Origin: Camelus dromedarius
Lineage: Eukaryota
NCBI RefSeq assembly: GCF_036321535.1
Contig: NC_087447.1
Location: 49,106,001-49,170,000, forward strand
Length of the DNA stretch: 64,000 nt
Reading direction: 5' to 3'
Shown here: positions 14,502 through 27,944 of the stretch, one piece after another
Position numbering within the stretch: the first letter of the stretch is position 1
How the letters are laid out: each line of letters begins with the position of its first letter
Position numbers and translations under genes: made by a program
The notes under the pieces: model-generated
What the model was told of the DNA's origin: nothing
Database searches by the model: none
The model's input: the letters and a program-made list of their open reading frames with translations, nothing else

Positions 14502-14566
14502 TTGATCTTTGACCACGGGAAAGACCTCTTTTCCTTTTTTTTTTGTTTCTTCACCTGTTTTTTCAC
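14502..14566 (-). other. XRRA1: Candidate XRRA1 internal 5'UTR exon
   Basis: Acceptor tattttacag| and strong donor CAA|gtaagt flank a 65-nt purine-rich segment with no ATG, between the promoter and the first coding exon. Confidence 0.6.
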
Positions 14567-16162
14567 CTGTAAAATAGATATTACATTCCTTCTTAGCCTA
14601 CTATTTAGAGGTCTTGAACTTTCTCATTAATTATATCCTGCTGTGTCCCTTTGCTCCAAAATGTGTCTCACCTGGGACCTAGAAAAATAACTCAGGGTGA
14701 AAGATCCCAGAAATGGATAGATATAGAAGTAGAGACTGAGACAGAGACACAGATAGCAAGGTGGAACAGGAGAATAATTTTGACACTGAGGTGGAGCTAG
14801 AGTGCTTAAATAAGAAGTGCAAATCACAAATCAGGAAGAAAAGGATAGATTATATGACCATTTACATGAAATAAATTTATACGTGATAAAAGTATCAAAG
14901 ACAAAGTCAAAAGATAAGACAAATCTGGGAAAAGATATTTGCTATAAATTTATAAAGGATGAATCAGGCTCATGGAGGGCATATAGACCTGGACATACCA
15001 AACCCTGGAAATTCCAGTTCCCTATGAAGAATACTAGGTGAAAAGGTGTGGATTTATGACAAATAGGCTAGGAAGGGCACATAACCCTCAGGTTATATTG
15101 TCTAGAAAGTAATTCTAAGAAAAGTATGAACTTTATCTACATGGTAGAAAAAAGAAAGTCTAAGTTCCAGGCTTAGAGGCTGCCTACCTAGATAGCTTCA
15201 GCTACCAATGGGCTCCATCTCAAATTTGAAGCAGCTAATCTCAATCTAACTGTTGTGCCTCCCAGTTCCAAAACACACAACACACACACAGTAATGCTTC
15301 TCATCTGCATGCATTTGCTTTTTCCATTCCTTTGACATATCAAACTTCTGCCCCTCTTCTTTGCCCCGACTCATACAGAAAGCTTTCATGTATATCCCCC
15401 TTCTCCTAGTGACACCTTAGCCCACCTCTTAATGGAGGCACTCTGCCACACTGTACTATAATGGTCTGCTTACCTGTCTGTTCCTCACTCCTCACACCCC
15501 AATCTCAGGCTGTGAGGCTTTCTAAAGATGGGCCTGGGTTCTACCTCTGTCATTATCCCTGGCACCTGATACAGGGTCTGGCCCATTGAAGAGGCTCAAT
15601 TGAGTATTTACTGAACTAAACAGAACGATGAACACAATGCTATGGAGTTCTTCATTTTGCATGCAAAGAAGGAAGAAGTTTCACAGAGCAGGTGACGTTA
15701 GAGCTGGGTCTTGAAACATAAGAAGTTATAAAAGACAAAAAAGCTACAAACAGAAAAGCTACAGGGGTATCTGACTGGATTGCTTCACAGAGTGAAGAAA
15801 CCACATTTAATATTATTTAGTAATAATTATTATCACATGAGTGTTAGCTTCAAATATATATCCCAGAGACCAGAACAGTCACCACTACATAGTAAGTACT
15901 CAATAGGTATTTGTTCAATCATTTGGACACTTATGAGGAATTCATGGAGATTAAAAAAATGATGCAATGTGGGAGACCATAGTAATACAGTCCTGTTACG
16001 TGATAATTGTAGGTCATTAGAGAAGTTCCATGAAAGCAGGGAACAGGTCTCTCTTGATCATGAGTATCCCTCAGTATAGTTTCAAGCAATGTTGGTGCTC
16101 AATAAATATTTGTGTAAAAAAAGGAATTAATAAAAATCTATGATACTATTACATCCTAAAAC

Positions 16163-16642
16163 TGTAAACGTTAAGTGGCAAAGATGAGGTAGGGGCATCT
16201 AGGACCCTTTACATGAGTGCTTGCACCTGGATAAAAGTTTCCCTGATCAACGAAATACGAAGAAACTACAGGAGACTAAAATTAACTGCATGCACCACAG
16301 CTGGGGCAGATTATGACCAGGATACAAAAAGGCCAAAAGTCAACTGCCACTTCTGGGGTACCAGGAGCAAAAGCGGGGTACTGTGCACGATCCCTGCGCA
16401 CAGCACCACCAAAGGGGGTGGGCAGACCACACAAACTACCCACTTGGACCAGACCCACCCATCAGCCCCTATTCTCTCCCCATTTCAGGGACCACCTCGC
16501 GCCCCTCCTCCCCCCGCACCTGTTTCTTGTTCTCATCCCTTTCTGCTGCAGCAAGAGTCCCAATAAAGCCTTGCCTGAATTCCTCCTCTGGCCTCTTATC
16601 AATTTCTATTGATTAAAGAGTCCAAGGATCCCACCTGTAACA
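16163..16642 (+). mobile_element. Solo ERV LTR (about 480 bp)
   Basis: TG...CA termini and AATAAA at 16562-16567 followed by a U5-like tail. TSD unclear. Confidence 0.7.
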
Positions 16643-17037
16643 AAGGGAGCATAATACGGGTTTGATGCCCCAAAAAACCAAAAACAAACAAACAAACAAA
16701 AAACCAGAACAAAACAAAACCCTGGCCTCTAAACCAGGTTCTGATACATGCTATCTGGCCTTGGTTAAGTTCCTTAGTCTCCTCATTTGACTGCGCTGTT
16801 AGGGGACTAAACAAGAAGATGAATGTACACGTACATGGAACATTATCTGGCCGACCGCAGACGCTCAGTGAACGTGAGCTCTCTGTAACACGAAAACACT
16901 AAAAGCTAGAGAGAACTAGTAAGTGCTGTAATAGGACTAGAAAAGAGTGAAGGTCGAGTTCCTGCCGCCCCTTGGGAAACCCGACACATGGAGGCACGGA
17001 GACTCTAACCCCTCAGGTAAACTGTTTCCAGCCGTAC

Positions 17038-17230
17038 CTGCCTCCGGCGTCGTTTCCGCCTCCGACGCGTCTGCGGGGGCGACGTCCCGGTCAGGCGGGA
17101 TGCACGCCTGCGAGCCTCCCGGGGATCTCGGAGCCGCTCCACGGTGACGCCTGCCACTACCTTCCCCACCCCTTAGTAACCGCGATGCGGCGGCTGGCCG
17201 AATAGGCGGCAGCCGGTGGCTGGAGCTTAT
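17038..17230 (-). other. XRRA1: Candidate XRRA1 non-coding first exon (TSS approximate)
   Basis: CpG-rich segment ending at minus-strand donor GGCAG|gtacgg (17038/17037), facing away from SPCS2. Confidence 0.55.
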
Positions 17231-17398
17231 AATTACTACGGGTCCCGGCAAGCCCCGCGGCCACTTCCGCTGGCCCCCTCACGTCAGCCAGCCCCAAACT
17301 ACGGATCCCGGTGGACTAAGCGCGGCGCGTCACGCCGTCAGCTCCAGCCAATCGGCTTCTGACAAGTAGGAGGGGAGGGAGAAGCAGAGGCAGACAAG

Positions 17399-17509
17399 AT
17401 GGCGGCGGCGGCTGCTCAGGGCGGGAGAGCCGGTGGTGGAGGTAGTGGTGGAGCTGGCGGTGGCCCCAACTGCGGGACAGGCAGTAGCCGCAGCGGTTTT
17501 TTGGACAAG
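17399..17509 (+). CDS. SPCS2: Signal peptidase complex subunit 2, exon 1 (MAAAAAQGG...GFLDK)
   Basis: ATG in strong Kozak context (aagATGG), Gly-rich N-terminus, donor AAG|gtgagg. 111 nt. Confidence 0.96.
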
Positions 17510-20500
17510 GTGAGGAGTCGGTTCCTGGGGACAGTCGAGGCCTTGGGACGCCCGGGAGGCGGCGATCCCACCTTCCCATCCTCGCCCCCCTTTTCTTCTG
17601 CGGCTTCTCAGGGGGAGTCCTCGTCTGGTCCACCTTGGGAACCCTACGGGCGCTTGTAGCCCTCTCTCTATACACCTCAAACCCGGGCTCTATCCTCTTT
17701 AAGGCTTCTTTTCTTATCGGAAGCATTCTGTGTCCTTAACCGCGGCCACCACAGCTTCTTATTTGATATTCCCTCACTTCATTGCGGCCATCGCTTTTCC
17801 TCGATGGTGCTGGGGGCCACTGTGGAGTGTGCCCATTTCATCGGCAGGGAAAACTGAATCTCGACTGAAAGCAGCTACTCGAAGTCACTAGTCTCCAAAC
17901 TCCCTACCACGACCACCACACTTGCGTGCTGCTGCAGATTCCAGAGTGCTCTTGGCCTTTTGCTTACTGTAGTTTCTAGGCATTTTATCACGATACCCCG
18001 AATACTGAACTTCGAGTATTGACTTCTGCGATCTGACAGGAAGCCTTTAAGATTTATGTTTTTTCCACTCGCCTTCCTCACTCTCTCTTTTCCCGCTGTG
18101 CTTGCCACCTAGTGCACTAGTTGAATTGGATCGGTGAGCCCGCTACCTGCTCATGCTTACCTCTTCTCCTCCGCCTATTCAATTTTGTTTTTTAAACTGC
18201 GGTCCTAGCAACGAGGGCTTAAAAGAAAAGGGGGAAAAGAGGAAAATTCTTCTCCTGGGTTGGCCCTTCGTGCCCTTTCCATAGCATCTTGGAAGAAATA
18301 ATCGCGTGGAGATCTGGGTTCTAGTCCTGGATCTCCTTCTGATTAGCTGTGTGACCTTGAAATATGCCTGTTCTCCCTGTGTCTTGTTTCCTCATCTGTA
18401 AAATGAGGGACTTAGACTTAATGGACCTTAAGATCCCTTCCAGTTCTCATTGTAGGGCCCTGGGCCAGTTTGATGAGAAATAGTAAGCTTGGCTTCTTTA
18501 ATACAGTAAATCGTCAGAATTGCTTACTTCAGTTGAAAACAGCTTTCAGACTTCTGTGCCTAACACATGGTAGGTTCTTAAGAATTGAATACATGATAAT
18601 ATGGAGGAGTTCAGATTCAGATCTTTTTGCTTTTCTTTTTGGATGTCATTGGTTTTTAATTACGTGGTTCTCACACTCTTAACCCTTAAGAGACAGGAAC
18701 ATGTCCTGGGGGTTGGGATGGTAAATTGCTTCAAGTTATGTTGAGAGTATTGGGAATTGATGGTCGTTTTCATACACAGATCCTGCCTTCCTGGTGGGTG
18801 AACACCTCACGGCCTGTGTTCATTCTGTCCCATTGACTGCTCTTGCTCTTTCCTCTATTTAGATGATCACCAGCAAACATTAAGCAGGACAGTCTGCTAA
18901 GGCAGTGATTACTGAAAAGTATATGGCATCCTTGCGTTGTTGGAAGAGCATGGATTTGGAGATCATAGATCTGGGCTTCAGTGTAGCTCCACTACTTTCA
19001 AACTGTATGTAGGCTGGCAAGTCAGTTAACCTCACTAATCTTCCCTTCCTTCATCTGAAATGTTAAAGTTTTGGGGAGGATCAAAGGAGATGATATATGT
19101 GATTGATCTCTGTAACCTATAGTGTCTAATACAGTTGTGTGATGGCAGAGGAAAAAAAATCAAGAATCCTACTGTCAGAAAGTACTTAATATAGCTGTGT
19201 TTAGGACATGGGGTACCCAAACTTTTATGTATTTGGTGTGTTCAAATGTGTACTTTTTACAGAAGTTAAAATGAGAGGATGATCTTTAATTTCTAATTGA
19301 TAAGGGGTTGAGAGCCCCAGGGAAACACCTCATGTTTGAGAGCGGAGCTGGGACCTTATTTTGAGACAGAGACAGAAACAGACAGCATTCCAAGTAAGAA
19401 TGTCTTTGAACAAAAAGGTACATGGTTGGTGCCTGATGTTTTTCATGTAGTTAGTTGACTTGACTATTCTCTCAAACCTGTAGTGACAGGTAGAATCAGG
19501 TTGAGAAGGGCATGAATAGCTTGAAGTAGGAGGAGGAAGCCTTGAAGGTTTTTGAGACTATATATAAAGTGGTTTTAGAAAATTACTCAGATAGTTTGGC
19601 AAGGTAGAAATTAGAAATCTTCTAGTAAGGCCGTATACTGTATTAGCATATAGGATTTAGTATGAAAAGAAAAATTTGAGTTCTAGTGTAGCATGTTAAG
19701 AACTACATGGCCTTGGGTAAGTTATGTGATGTTACTGAACTTAAATTTCCTTATGTAAACAATGTGGATTCCTATACATATTGTAGGCTTACTGTAAATA
19801 TTAAGTTGTATAACATTGGTAAATGTTCTTTGTAAATGGCTATAAAAATAGAATGCAAGGTGAGGAGAACCCTAACTTGAGTAGCAGAGATAGGTAAAAG
19901 GCCTCACAAAGGAGCACTTGGCTGAACTGAGGGGCCAAGGAAAGAGAAAATAAGTGAGGAGGTGTTTAGGTGCTTTTTCTTGGAAAACTTCGCTTCAGCC
20001 TTACATTGAGTTGTTTTTCCTCTGAAGTCTCTGGCATTTATTGCACATAGGAATTAAGCTGTCATTTAATATGACATACTGTCTTGAATTGTTCTACCAA
20101 TTTGTATTTGTCCAGTTTCCCATGAGCAGTTCTTATAGTTCTCTGTAGTGATCGACACAGATAAGCATTTGCATAATTGAATTTAGCAGAGAAAAAACTT
20201 CAGATCTGCCACCTCAGTCTTCAGAAACTACCTTAGAGAATGGTACCTCTAATTGTCTGAAAACGAGGGTACTGTGGAAGAGAACATGGGGGAAAATGTT
20301 ACTCTCAGTGGAGCAGAAGCTGAATGAATAGAGAAACTTCTGCTCTGTGGGAATGAGAGGCTGTTACCTTACATTCTCTTTGATTTGTCTTGATTGGGGG
20401 GGGTGTTTTTATTTTATTTCCTGCAGCTGTAGTTTAACTTGCCATGAAGAAATGTAATAAAGAGATGCAAATGTGCTTCTAGCTTTCCCTAAGCAGATGT

Positions 20501-22039
20501 GAATTTCTGCTCCTGTGAAACAGACTTAAAAAACAAAGCAATTCTCGTTTCCTGATCTTAAAAATAGGTATGCAAATATAACCTTCCAGTCTCCATCACA
20601 GAATAACGTAAATTAGATCATTGCAGTAAGTTCTTTTCCCCAAAATACATCAAAGCATTTTGTTCTACAGAGCAGGCTATGAAGAAAAATTGTTTGCTTC
20701 ATTTATTTTGGCTATTAAAATTGACCGTGCTTTCCAGAACTATATCCAAATCCTTTTAACCTTGTAGCTGGATTTCTGTCTCCTGGCTGGTTTTGTCTGG
20801 GCTATTAAAATGTGGTATTAAACCTTGCTTTCTGTAAGCTATATCCAGACCCTCCTAACCTCATATGTGGATTTCTGTCTCCTGGCTGAACTGTCAGTGT
20901 GATCTTAAAGCACAGCTTTTATATCTTAATTGTTGAGAACATAGGTTCTGGAGCCAGTGGCTGGCTTTGAATCCTTGTTCTGCCACTTAACAGATGCATA
21001 CTCTTGTATCTCAGTTTCCTCATCTGTAAAGTGGAAATAATAATAGCATTTTCCTTAAAAGGTGGTGTCTGGCATATAGTAAGGATTCAACAAAACATAT
21101 ATAGCTGCCACTGACTAGCTGGTTAGTCAGGGCCTCAGCTTCCTTAGAAGTATTTTTTATAACATAATATGAAGACTGTCTGCATCAGACTCTTGGGGTT
21201 ATAGTTAAAAATACAGATTTGTGGACCTCATCCCAAACCAGAATCAGGTTCTCGGGGGGTGGGGCCTGAACAGCTGTATGTTTTCACACATAGCTATTCC
21301 TTCCTTCCCTTTCTTCATTCACTTTCTTCCATCCTCTACATTTTAACAGTTTAACATTTTATTCAGGTTGAGAACTACTGTCTTAGATGACTGTCTTAGA
21401 AATCCCTTCTGGTTCTGACATCTTAAGGGGTTTGTTTGTTTTTGTTTGGTTTTTAATCAATAGTGATTTCTCTAAAAACGTATCTGATGAAGAGTCTTTG
21501 AAGTTCATCTGTTCCAGCCTCCTCATTTTATAGACCTGGACACAGTTGGAGAGGGGAAGATGAAGTAACTTGTTCAAGACCACACATGTTCAAGACCATA
21601 AATTCCATAACTTGGCTTCCCAGCTCTTAATCCAGTGCTCTTACCTTATTTAGTACATTACCTCTTATACTGGAGCAGACCACATGCTAGCTAATGTAGT
21701 AGTGGAAAGAGCATCTATTTTGAGGTTGGATGATTTGGGTGAAGCCTTGGCGTTGTCACCCTCCACCCATGTGTCCTTAGGTCATGTATACTCTTTTGCT
21801 CTCTTTGATGGTATCTCAGCTTGCCATACACCTGAGTGGTATGCCTGTACCCTAACCCAGCTCTGACAAAGAGGATGAACAGTTTTATGGCATTACTGTG
21901 ATGTGTGTCTGTATTTAAAGAAACAAGATGCAGATGTTTAATATTGTTTTGCAGACTAAACTTTAACAGCATCTCTGAACTCATTATCTTTGAATAATGA
22001 GTTTCATTATTCAATGAGTTTCAGATTCAATAATGAATT

Positions 22040-22980
22040 TCATTTCATCAAAATTCAAAACTTTTTCAGGATAAAGAGCACTATCAGAAAAGTGAAAAGA
22101 CAGTCCACAGAATGAGAGAAAATATTTCCAAATCATAAATCTGATAAGGGTCTAGTATCTGACTATATAAAGAATCTTTCAACTCAATAATAAAAAGACA
22201 AGGTAATTTTAAAAAGAATAAAGGATACAAATAGACATTTATCCGTGGAAGATATACAGATGGATAGTAAGGACATGAAAAGATGCTCAACATCAGTTAT
22301 TAGAGAATGCAAATCAGAACAACAATGAGATACCACTAGGATGGCTATAATAAAAGAAAAAAGAAAAATAACCATTATTGGTGAGGATATGGAGAAATTG
22401 GAACCCTCCTACATTTCTGACGGGAATGTAAGATGATGAAATTTTTAAAAAGTTACCTTTTGACTTGGCATATTCTATTCCTAATTGTAAACTCAAGAGA
22501 ATTGAAAATGTTTGTCCACATAAAAACTTGTACACAAATGATCGTAGCAGCATTATTTACAATAGCCAAAAAGTGGAAGCAACCCATAAACATGGTATAT
22601 CCATGCAGTAGTATATTCTTGGGACATAAAAAGGAATGAAATACCAACACATGTTACAACACAGATGAACCTTGAAAGCTTTATATTAAGTGAGAAAAGC
22701 TGGTCATAAAAGGCCACGTATTGTATGAGGCCATTGATAAGAAATGCCCAGAATAGGCAGATCCAAGCAAACAGGAAGTAGATTAGTGGTTGCCAAGAAT
22801 GGGGGGAGGGGCAGTGATTGGAGTGACTGCGTGTGGGCATGGGGTTTCTTTTTAGGGTGATGAAAATGTTCTGGAATTAGATGGTAAACATGCACAACCT
22901 TGTGAGTATAATAAAAATCCCTGAATTGTACATTTTTAAATGATGAGCTTTATGGTATGTGAATTAGATCTCAGTTTTGA
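22040..22980 (+). mobile_element. Old LINE-1 (L1MB-like) 3' fragment
   Basis: Degenerate L1 ORF2 end and 3'UTR motifs (aaaagatgctcaacatca, gatgaaaatgttctggaattaga). Confidence 0.8.
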
Positions 22981-25329
22981 AAACTCATTTTTTTTTATTT
23001 TTACCTGTTTATGGAATAACTTTGAAAGCTTCAAATTATTACTTTTGAACTACTTATTCACCACTGTGTAATATAGTGGTACCACAGATGTTAATAACCT
23101 CCATCTACCTGGGTCCCTTTTTTAATTGTTGCCTACATCATTTCTCTGTTCTGACCTGCATCTTGTCAATCTCAATAGTGGTTTCTCATATTACCTGACC
23201 TTGAGTATTTGACTCATTGATCACTTCTTTCTTGAAATACTTTCTTTATGTGGCTTCTAGAACACCACTCACCCTGGGTTTCCTCTTCCTCCACTTGTCT
23301 CTGTCTTTATTGTTACTGTTTTTTTGTCTTCTTCCTGACCTGTAAACATTGGCGAGGCCCTGGCCCTCTCTTCCATTGACTCTCATCCCAAGGAGATACC
23401 CAATGTCATGCTTAAATACCACCTGTAAATTGGTGACTTCCATATTGATATTTCCAATGTGGACCTCTCCAGTAAGCCCGAGACTTATATGTCCAAATGC
23501 TTACTTGCCATCTCCACTTAAATATCTGATAGGTATGTTAGACTTCAGTAGCCAGAGATGGTCTACTGACCTCTACTTTCTCTGGTGTTGCCACTAATGT
23601 TCATGCTCACAGTTAACACGTGGTAATTTCTAACCTCCAACTTAACTCCAGCGATAACTGCAGCCAGTACTAAACCACTATTAAGTAAGTAATTTTATTT
23701 GAAGTATTTCTTGGCCATTTTGATAAAAAATAGATTGAAATTGAAGATGATTTTGCAAAGAACTGTAATATCCCTCTTTGAGATATCCTAGTATTTCTGA
23801 ATTGGGATCTTAATTAGATGATAGTAAGCATTCTCAAGACAGACATTTTTCTCCCCAAATTGAATGTTTTTTTCTTATTTTGAACTTACTGCTTTCTGAT
23901 CTTTTGTCAAATGTGTGCATGTTGGGAAGGAGGGGGGCATATTTCCAACTCAAATGATATCTCAGCTTCTGAGTGTGCTATCAGTTTTCATAATCTTAAG
24001 GAAATTCTGAAATCAATTTTACTAAAGAGCTTAAACAACTTGAACAGCATGTATAAATGAGTATTTCTCCTCTTGCCTCCTGTGTACCTTCTGGAAAATA
24101 ACATGACAACTCAAATAGTTATCTAAGCCCCAATTCTAGTAGAATGGTCATCTCTGTCCTCTCTCTTTCATGTTTCCTGTAACTAGTCCGATAGTAAGTC
24201 CTGCCAATTCTACTTCATAAATATTCCCCTTTCATCCCCTTGCTGCTGCTCTAATTCAGGCACTGCATCTAAATCAGGACCCATCTGATGTGTTTATCTC
24301 CAGTGTTACTCCCTTCCAGGCCATCTGCTAGTTTGCTACAAAAAAATCACTTAAAAAAAAAAAACAAATTTAAATGTGTTGTTTCTCTGCTTAAAATATC
24401 CTCCATTGCTTGTTTCAGAATAAAGTCCCAAGTCCCTTAGCCTAGTAAACAAGCCGTCTTGTCTTGTGCCTCATCTCCTACTACTTTACCCCTTTCCCAC
24501 CTGTAGCCACTTTCTAAACTGGGAGAGACCAAAGAAGAGAGACAAGAAGTTTATTTGTTTTTCTCAGAGCCATGCTCACTTATTTTAAAATCAGAGCAGA
24601 GTCCTTTCATTGGCACAGCTGACCTCTGGTATCCTTTATCTCTTCAGTGTGAATTGAGGAATCCTTTGAGCCTTACTGGCCAGTTGTCAAGCTAAGGAAA
24701 TTTATGAAGGAATCCACCGAGGTCTTTATCATTGTGTAACTTTACTTCTATTTTCACTATTACTAAAATTGTTTTATTACTCAAATTTGCAGAGTAGAAT
24801 TATAACTGAAGTGAGTCTGTGACGTTCTGTCAAAGCCATCGAATGCATAATTTTTGTGAATAGTTAGCCATCCAGGTCTGGCATCAAGTATGCCAGTAAA
24901 GTATCTTATGTTGGTAGTGGCAGGAAAGTGATTTCTTTAATAAAAACAGGACTTTTTGAGCTATATTTTCAGTCAAATTGCAGTTGGTTTTAAATGGAGG
25001 AAAATGGAAAGTTCAAAATACTTGATAACCTGAAGATTTTGCTGGCATATTCAAAACTAAAGTCTTTTTTAGATTTTTTGTAATGTTACTAACTATAATA
25101 TTAGATAAGAATCAAGGTACTTTGTATGGCTATCACTTCAGGGGTCTGTGTCCTTTTGTTTTTGATGGCTAATAATTCCTTTCCTTACACTTTATGGGAA
25201 GCAGTGTGGAATAGTGAAAGAGCCTAAGTTTTGAAATCATGAAAACTTGATTGTTGAGTCCTGGCTTTATCACTTACTGGCTTTCACCTTGGGCAAATTT
25301 CTTAAACCCCCAGTGTTAACTGTAAAAGG

Positions 25330-25722
25330 AAGTTGCTTGTCAGTTTGGGCTTCTGTAACAAAAAAATACCATAGGCTAAGTAGCTTAAACAACCAAAATT
25401 TATTTCTCACAGTTCTGGAGGCTGGGAAGTCCAAGATCAGGGTGCCAGCATGGTTGGGTCTAGTGAAGACCCTCGTAACTGGTTGCAGACAGCTTTCTTG
25501 TATCCTCACATTGTGGAAAACAAGAGAGTGAAAGCAAGCTTTCTCTGTCTTTTTATCAGGGCACTAATCCCTTTCAGGAGGGCTCTACCCTCGTGACCCA
25601 ATTACTTCCCAAAGGCACCGCCTCTGAATACCATCACACTGTGGGTTATGATTTCACCGTAAGATTTTGGGAGGGAGATGGGGAGCATGGATGGGGCTAG
25701 ACATACACATTTGTCCATAGCA
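25330..25722 (-). mobile_element. MaLR (MLT1-like) LTR
   Basis: Contains tttatttctcacagttctggaggctgggaagtccaagatcagggtgccagca, typical of MLT1/MST reverse complement. Confidence 0.8.
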
Positions 25723-26679
25723 GATGGTTATTGTTCTTAATAGGGTTATTGTAAGGATTAAATTAGATGGTGTGTATAAAACATTTAGTACAATACATAA
25801 TGCATATGTGCTCAATAAGTAAGGAATTCTGTGGACAAGAAAGAACCAAATGACATCATTTCAGCCATGTGTACATTTGATAAACTGAAAGTTAACATTT
25901 TAGAAGTCTTTTTCTTTTCTTTTTTTCAATAAGTAGCCATTGATACTATATTGTATCCCAGGCTGAGAATGCAAAAATGTGCTTTTCCTATTACGTAGCA
26001 AGGGAGCCAATACATGTACCCACATATACATGTATTATGATGCGGTGTTTTATGTAGTTTCACACAATTAATAACAATAGCGAATTTTTAATAATTACTT
26101 GTCTTGTAACAGGCACTATGCTGTGTATTATAATATTTAATCCTCATACTAACCTGTGAAATATTGTTACCAGCTTCATTTTACTATTGAGCAAGCTAAG
26201 GCTGTAGAAAAATCAAATTATTTGCCCAGCATCATCTATCTGTTAAATGGAATAGTTAGAGTTAAACACAAGTAGTGTGACTCTAAAGCTGTAGCTCTTA
26301 ACCATTGTACTATATTCCTTTGCATATTAAGGGCCCACCTTACTGAGTAAGGGAAACATGTATTTGCCTACATCTGTCTGTATTCAGTGTAAATCCACGC
26401 AGGTTCTGGTTTGAATTCTAATACATCTCTGAGAGAATAATCACAAACAGAATTTGCCTCAGTGTTGAGTTCAGAGATTAAGGCAAGTAAAAATGTTTCT
26501 GTCACTAAAGAAGGGGACAGTTTTATCGTGAACCATGTATTTGTAAGTTAGCCCTAATGAATTCTGTTGCCTGTCACTTACTGTCTGTCACATTTAGTAC
26601 TCTGACATCTTGTTTTCTAACCTGAAGGACACTGGCTTCCAGATTGAGGAGCTGCTTAGGGCCTTGCAGTGGTACTAGC

Positions 26680-27810
26680 AGTTTAACAGTGGATGAAAAT
26701 TGACCTGCTTCAGGGACATCATCTTGATATCTTAGATACTGGCAACATAAAGAACTTCCTGTGAATTTTTCCAGAAAAAAAATCATATATGAAGGATCAG
26801 GAATCAGAATGGCTTCAGAAATCTTAGTAGTCACATGCTCTGTTGAGACAATGAAGTAAAACTTTGACATTTTTGAAGAGAAATCATTTCTCTTATTTAA
26901 GTGTGAGGGTAGAATAAAAAGATATTTTCAGATGTAGTCTCAAAATCTGTTTCCCATATGCCATCCTTCACAGAAGCCACTAGAGGATGTGTTCCCAAAT
27001 CAAGGGAATGATAAACTAAGAGAAAGACATGGTATCTAAGAAAAGGAAGTTCAGCCCAAGAGGAGGTTAAGGGAACCCCCAGGGTCATGGTAAAGGGAGA
27101 TTCCAGGATGACAGTTACACAGCAGTCCTGGAAAGCAGTCCACATAGACTGAAGCAGGTCAGAAGGCTCCAAGAGAGATTTCTCCCAGAAGATGAAATTC
27201 ACAGAATGCTGAATATGTCTGCACATATTGAGAGGAGATTTAAACAGTTGGAGATTTTGAGAATATATTGGTGAGGAACACATTGTATAATTAAAAACGA
27301 AAACAACAGTAGCTCCAAGGAAAACAAAAAACTAGCAGGAAAAAAAAGGTAATACACTACGTGAGTAATCTGTGAATAACGTTTAGGGTCAAAATGTAAA
27401 CTCCAAATAATGATCTAGCCAAAATTAAGGTATTATATGAGATCAAATCAATATTGATCTACTATGACTATCTTAAAAAGTGGTGAGGGATAAGCAAGAA
27501 AAATAACTGTGAGAATGGCAGAGGATGAAACAGTTAAATCTTATCTTCATGGTGAAAAGTCAATAGATTTAATACCAAAAGCTGACAAAATTAATAATAC
27601 AGACTTTTTCCCCCAGAGATATAGAGGTGAATACCAAAAAAAAAATCAGCCAAAGAAGTTGAAATTTGTGTCTCTCTTTGGGGAGTGGGAAATGACAATA
27701 GCAAGAGTCTTAAGTGGAAACAGGACTGATTTTTTTTTTATAGCAACTTACAGAACTCTTTTACTTTTTAAACTATGTACATACGTGACCTTGGTGTAAA
27801 TAATAACTAA
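26680..27810 (+). mobile_element. HAL1/old L1 ORF1-type fragment
   Basis: aaggatcaggaatcagaatggcttcaga resembles the recalled HAL1/L1 ORF1 region. Boundaries approximate. Confidence 0.55.
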
Positions 27811-27944
27811 ATAAGTCAATACTTGTTGATTATGCCCAATATACATGTATCCATAATATGCAGGAGGGAATAAAGGGAAGAGGAATTGTGTGAATTGTGT
27901 GTGTAGTTACCACATCTTCTGTATCTTAATTGGCAATACTGCCT

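Larger units (their letters stand above)
16950..17680. promoter_or_regulatory. CpG island / bidirectional promoter shared by XRRA1 and SPCS2
   Basis: High CpG density. Motifs: ZNF143/SBS-like ACTACGGGTCCCGGCAAGCCCCGCG 17235-17259 with a second ACTAC..TCCC at 17298; ETS CACTTCCG 17262-17269; CRE/UPRE-like TCACGTCA 17279-17286; CCAAT 17348-17352; YY1 CAAGATGGCGGC 17395-17406. Confidence 0.85.

Noticed and set aside
16937..17726. Several overlapping ORFs on both strands in the CpG island
   Set aside because: Expected from stop-codon scarcity in GC-rich DNA. Only SPCS2 exon 1 has protein and splice support.
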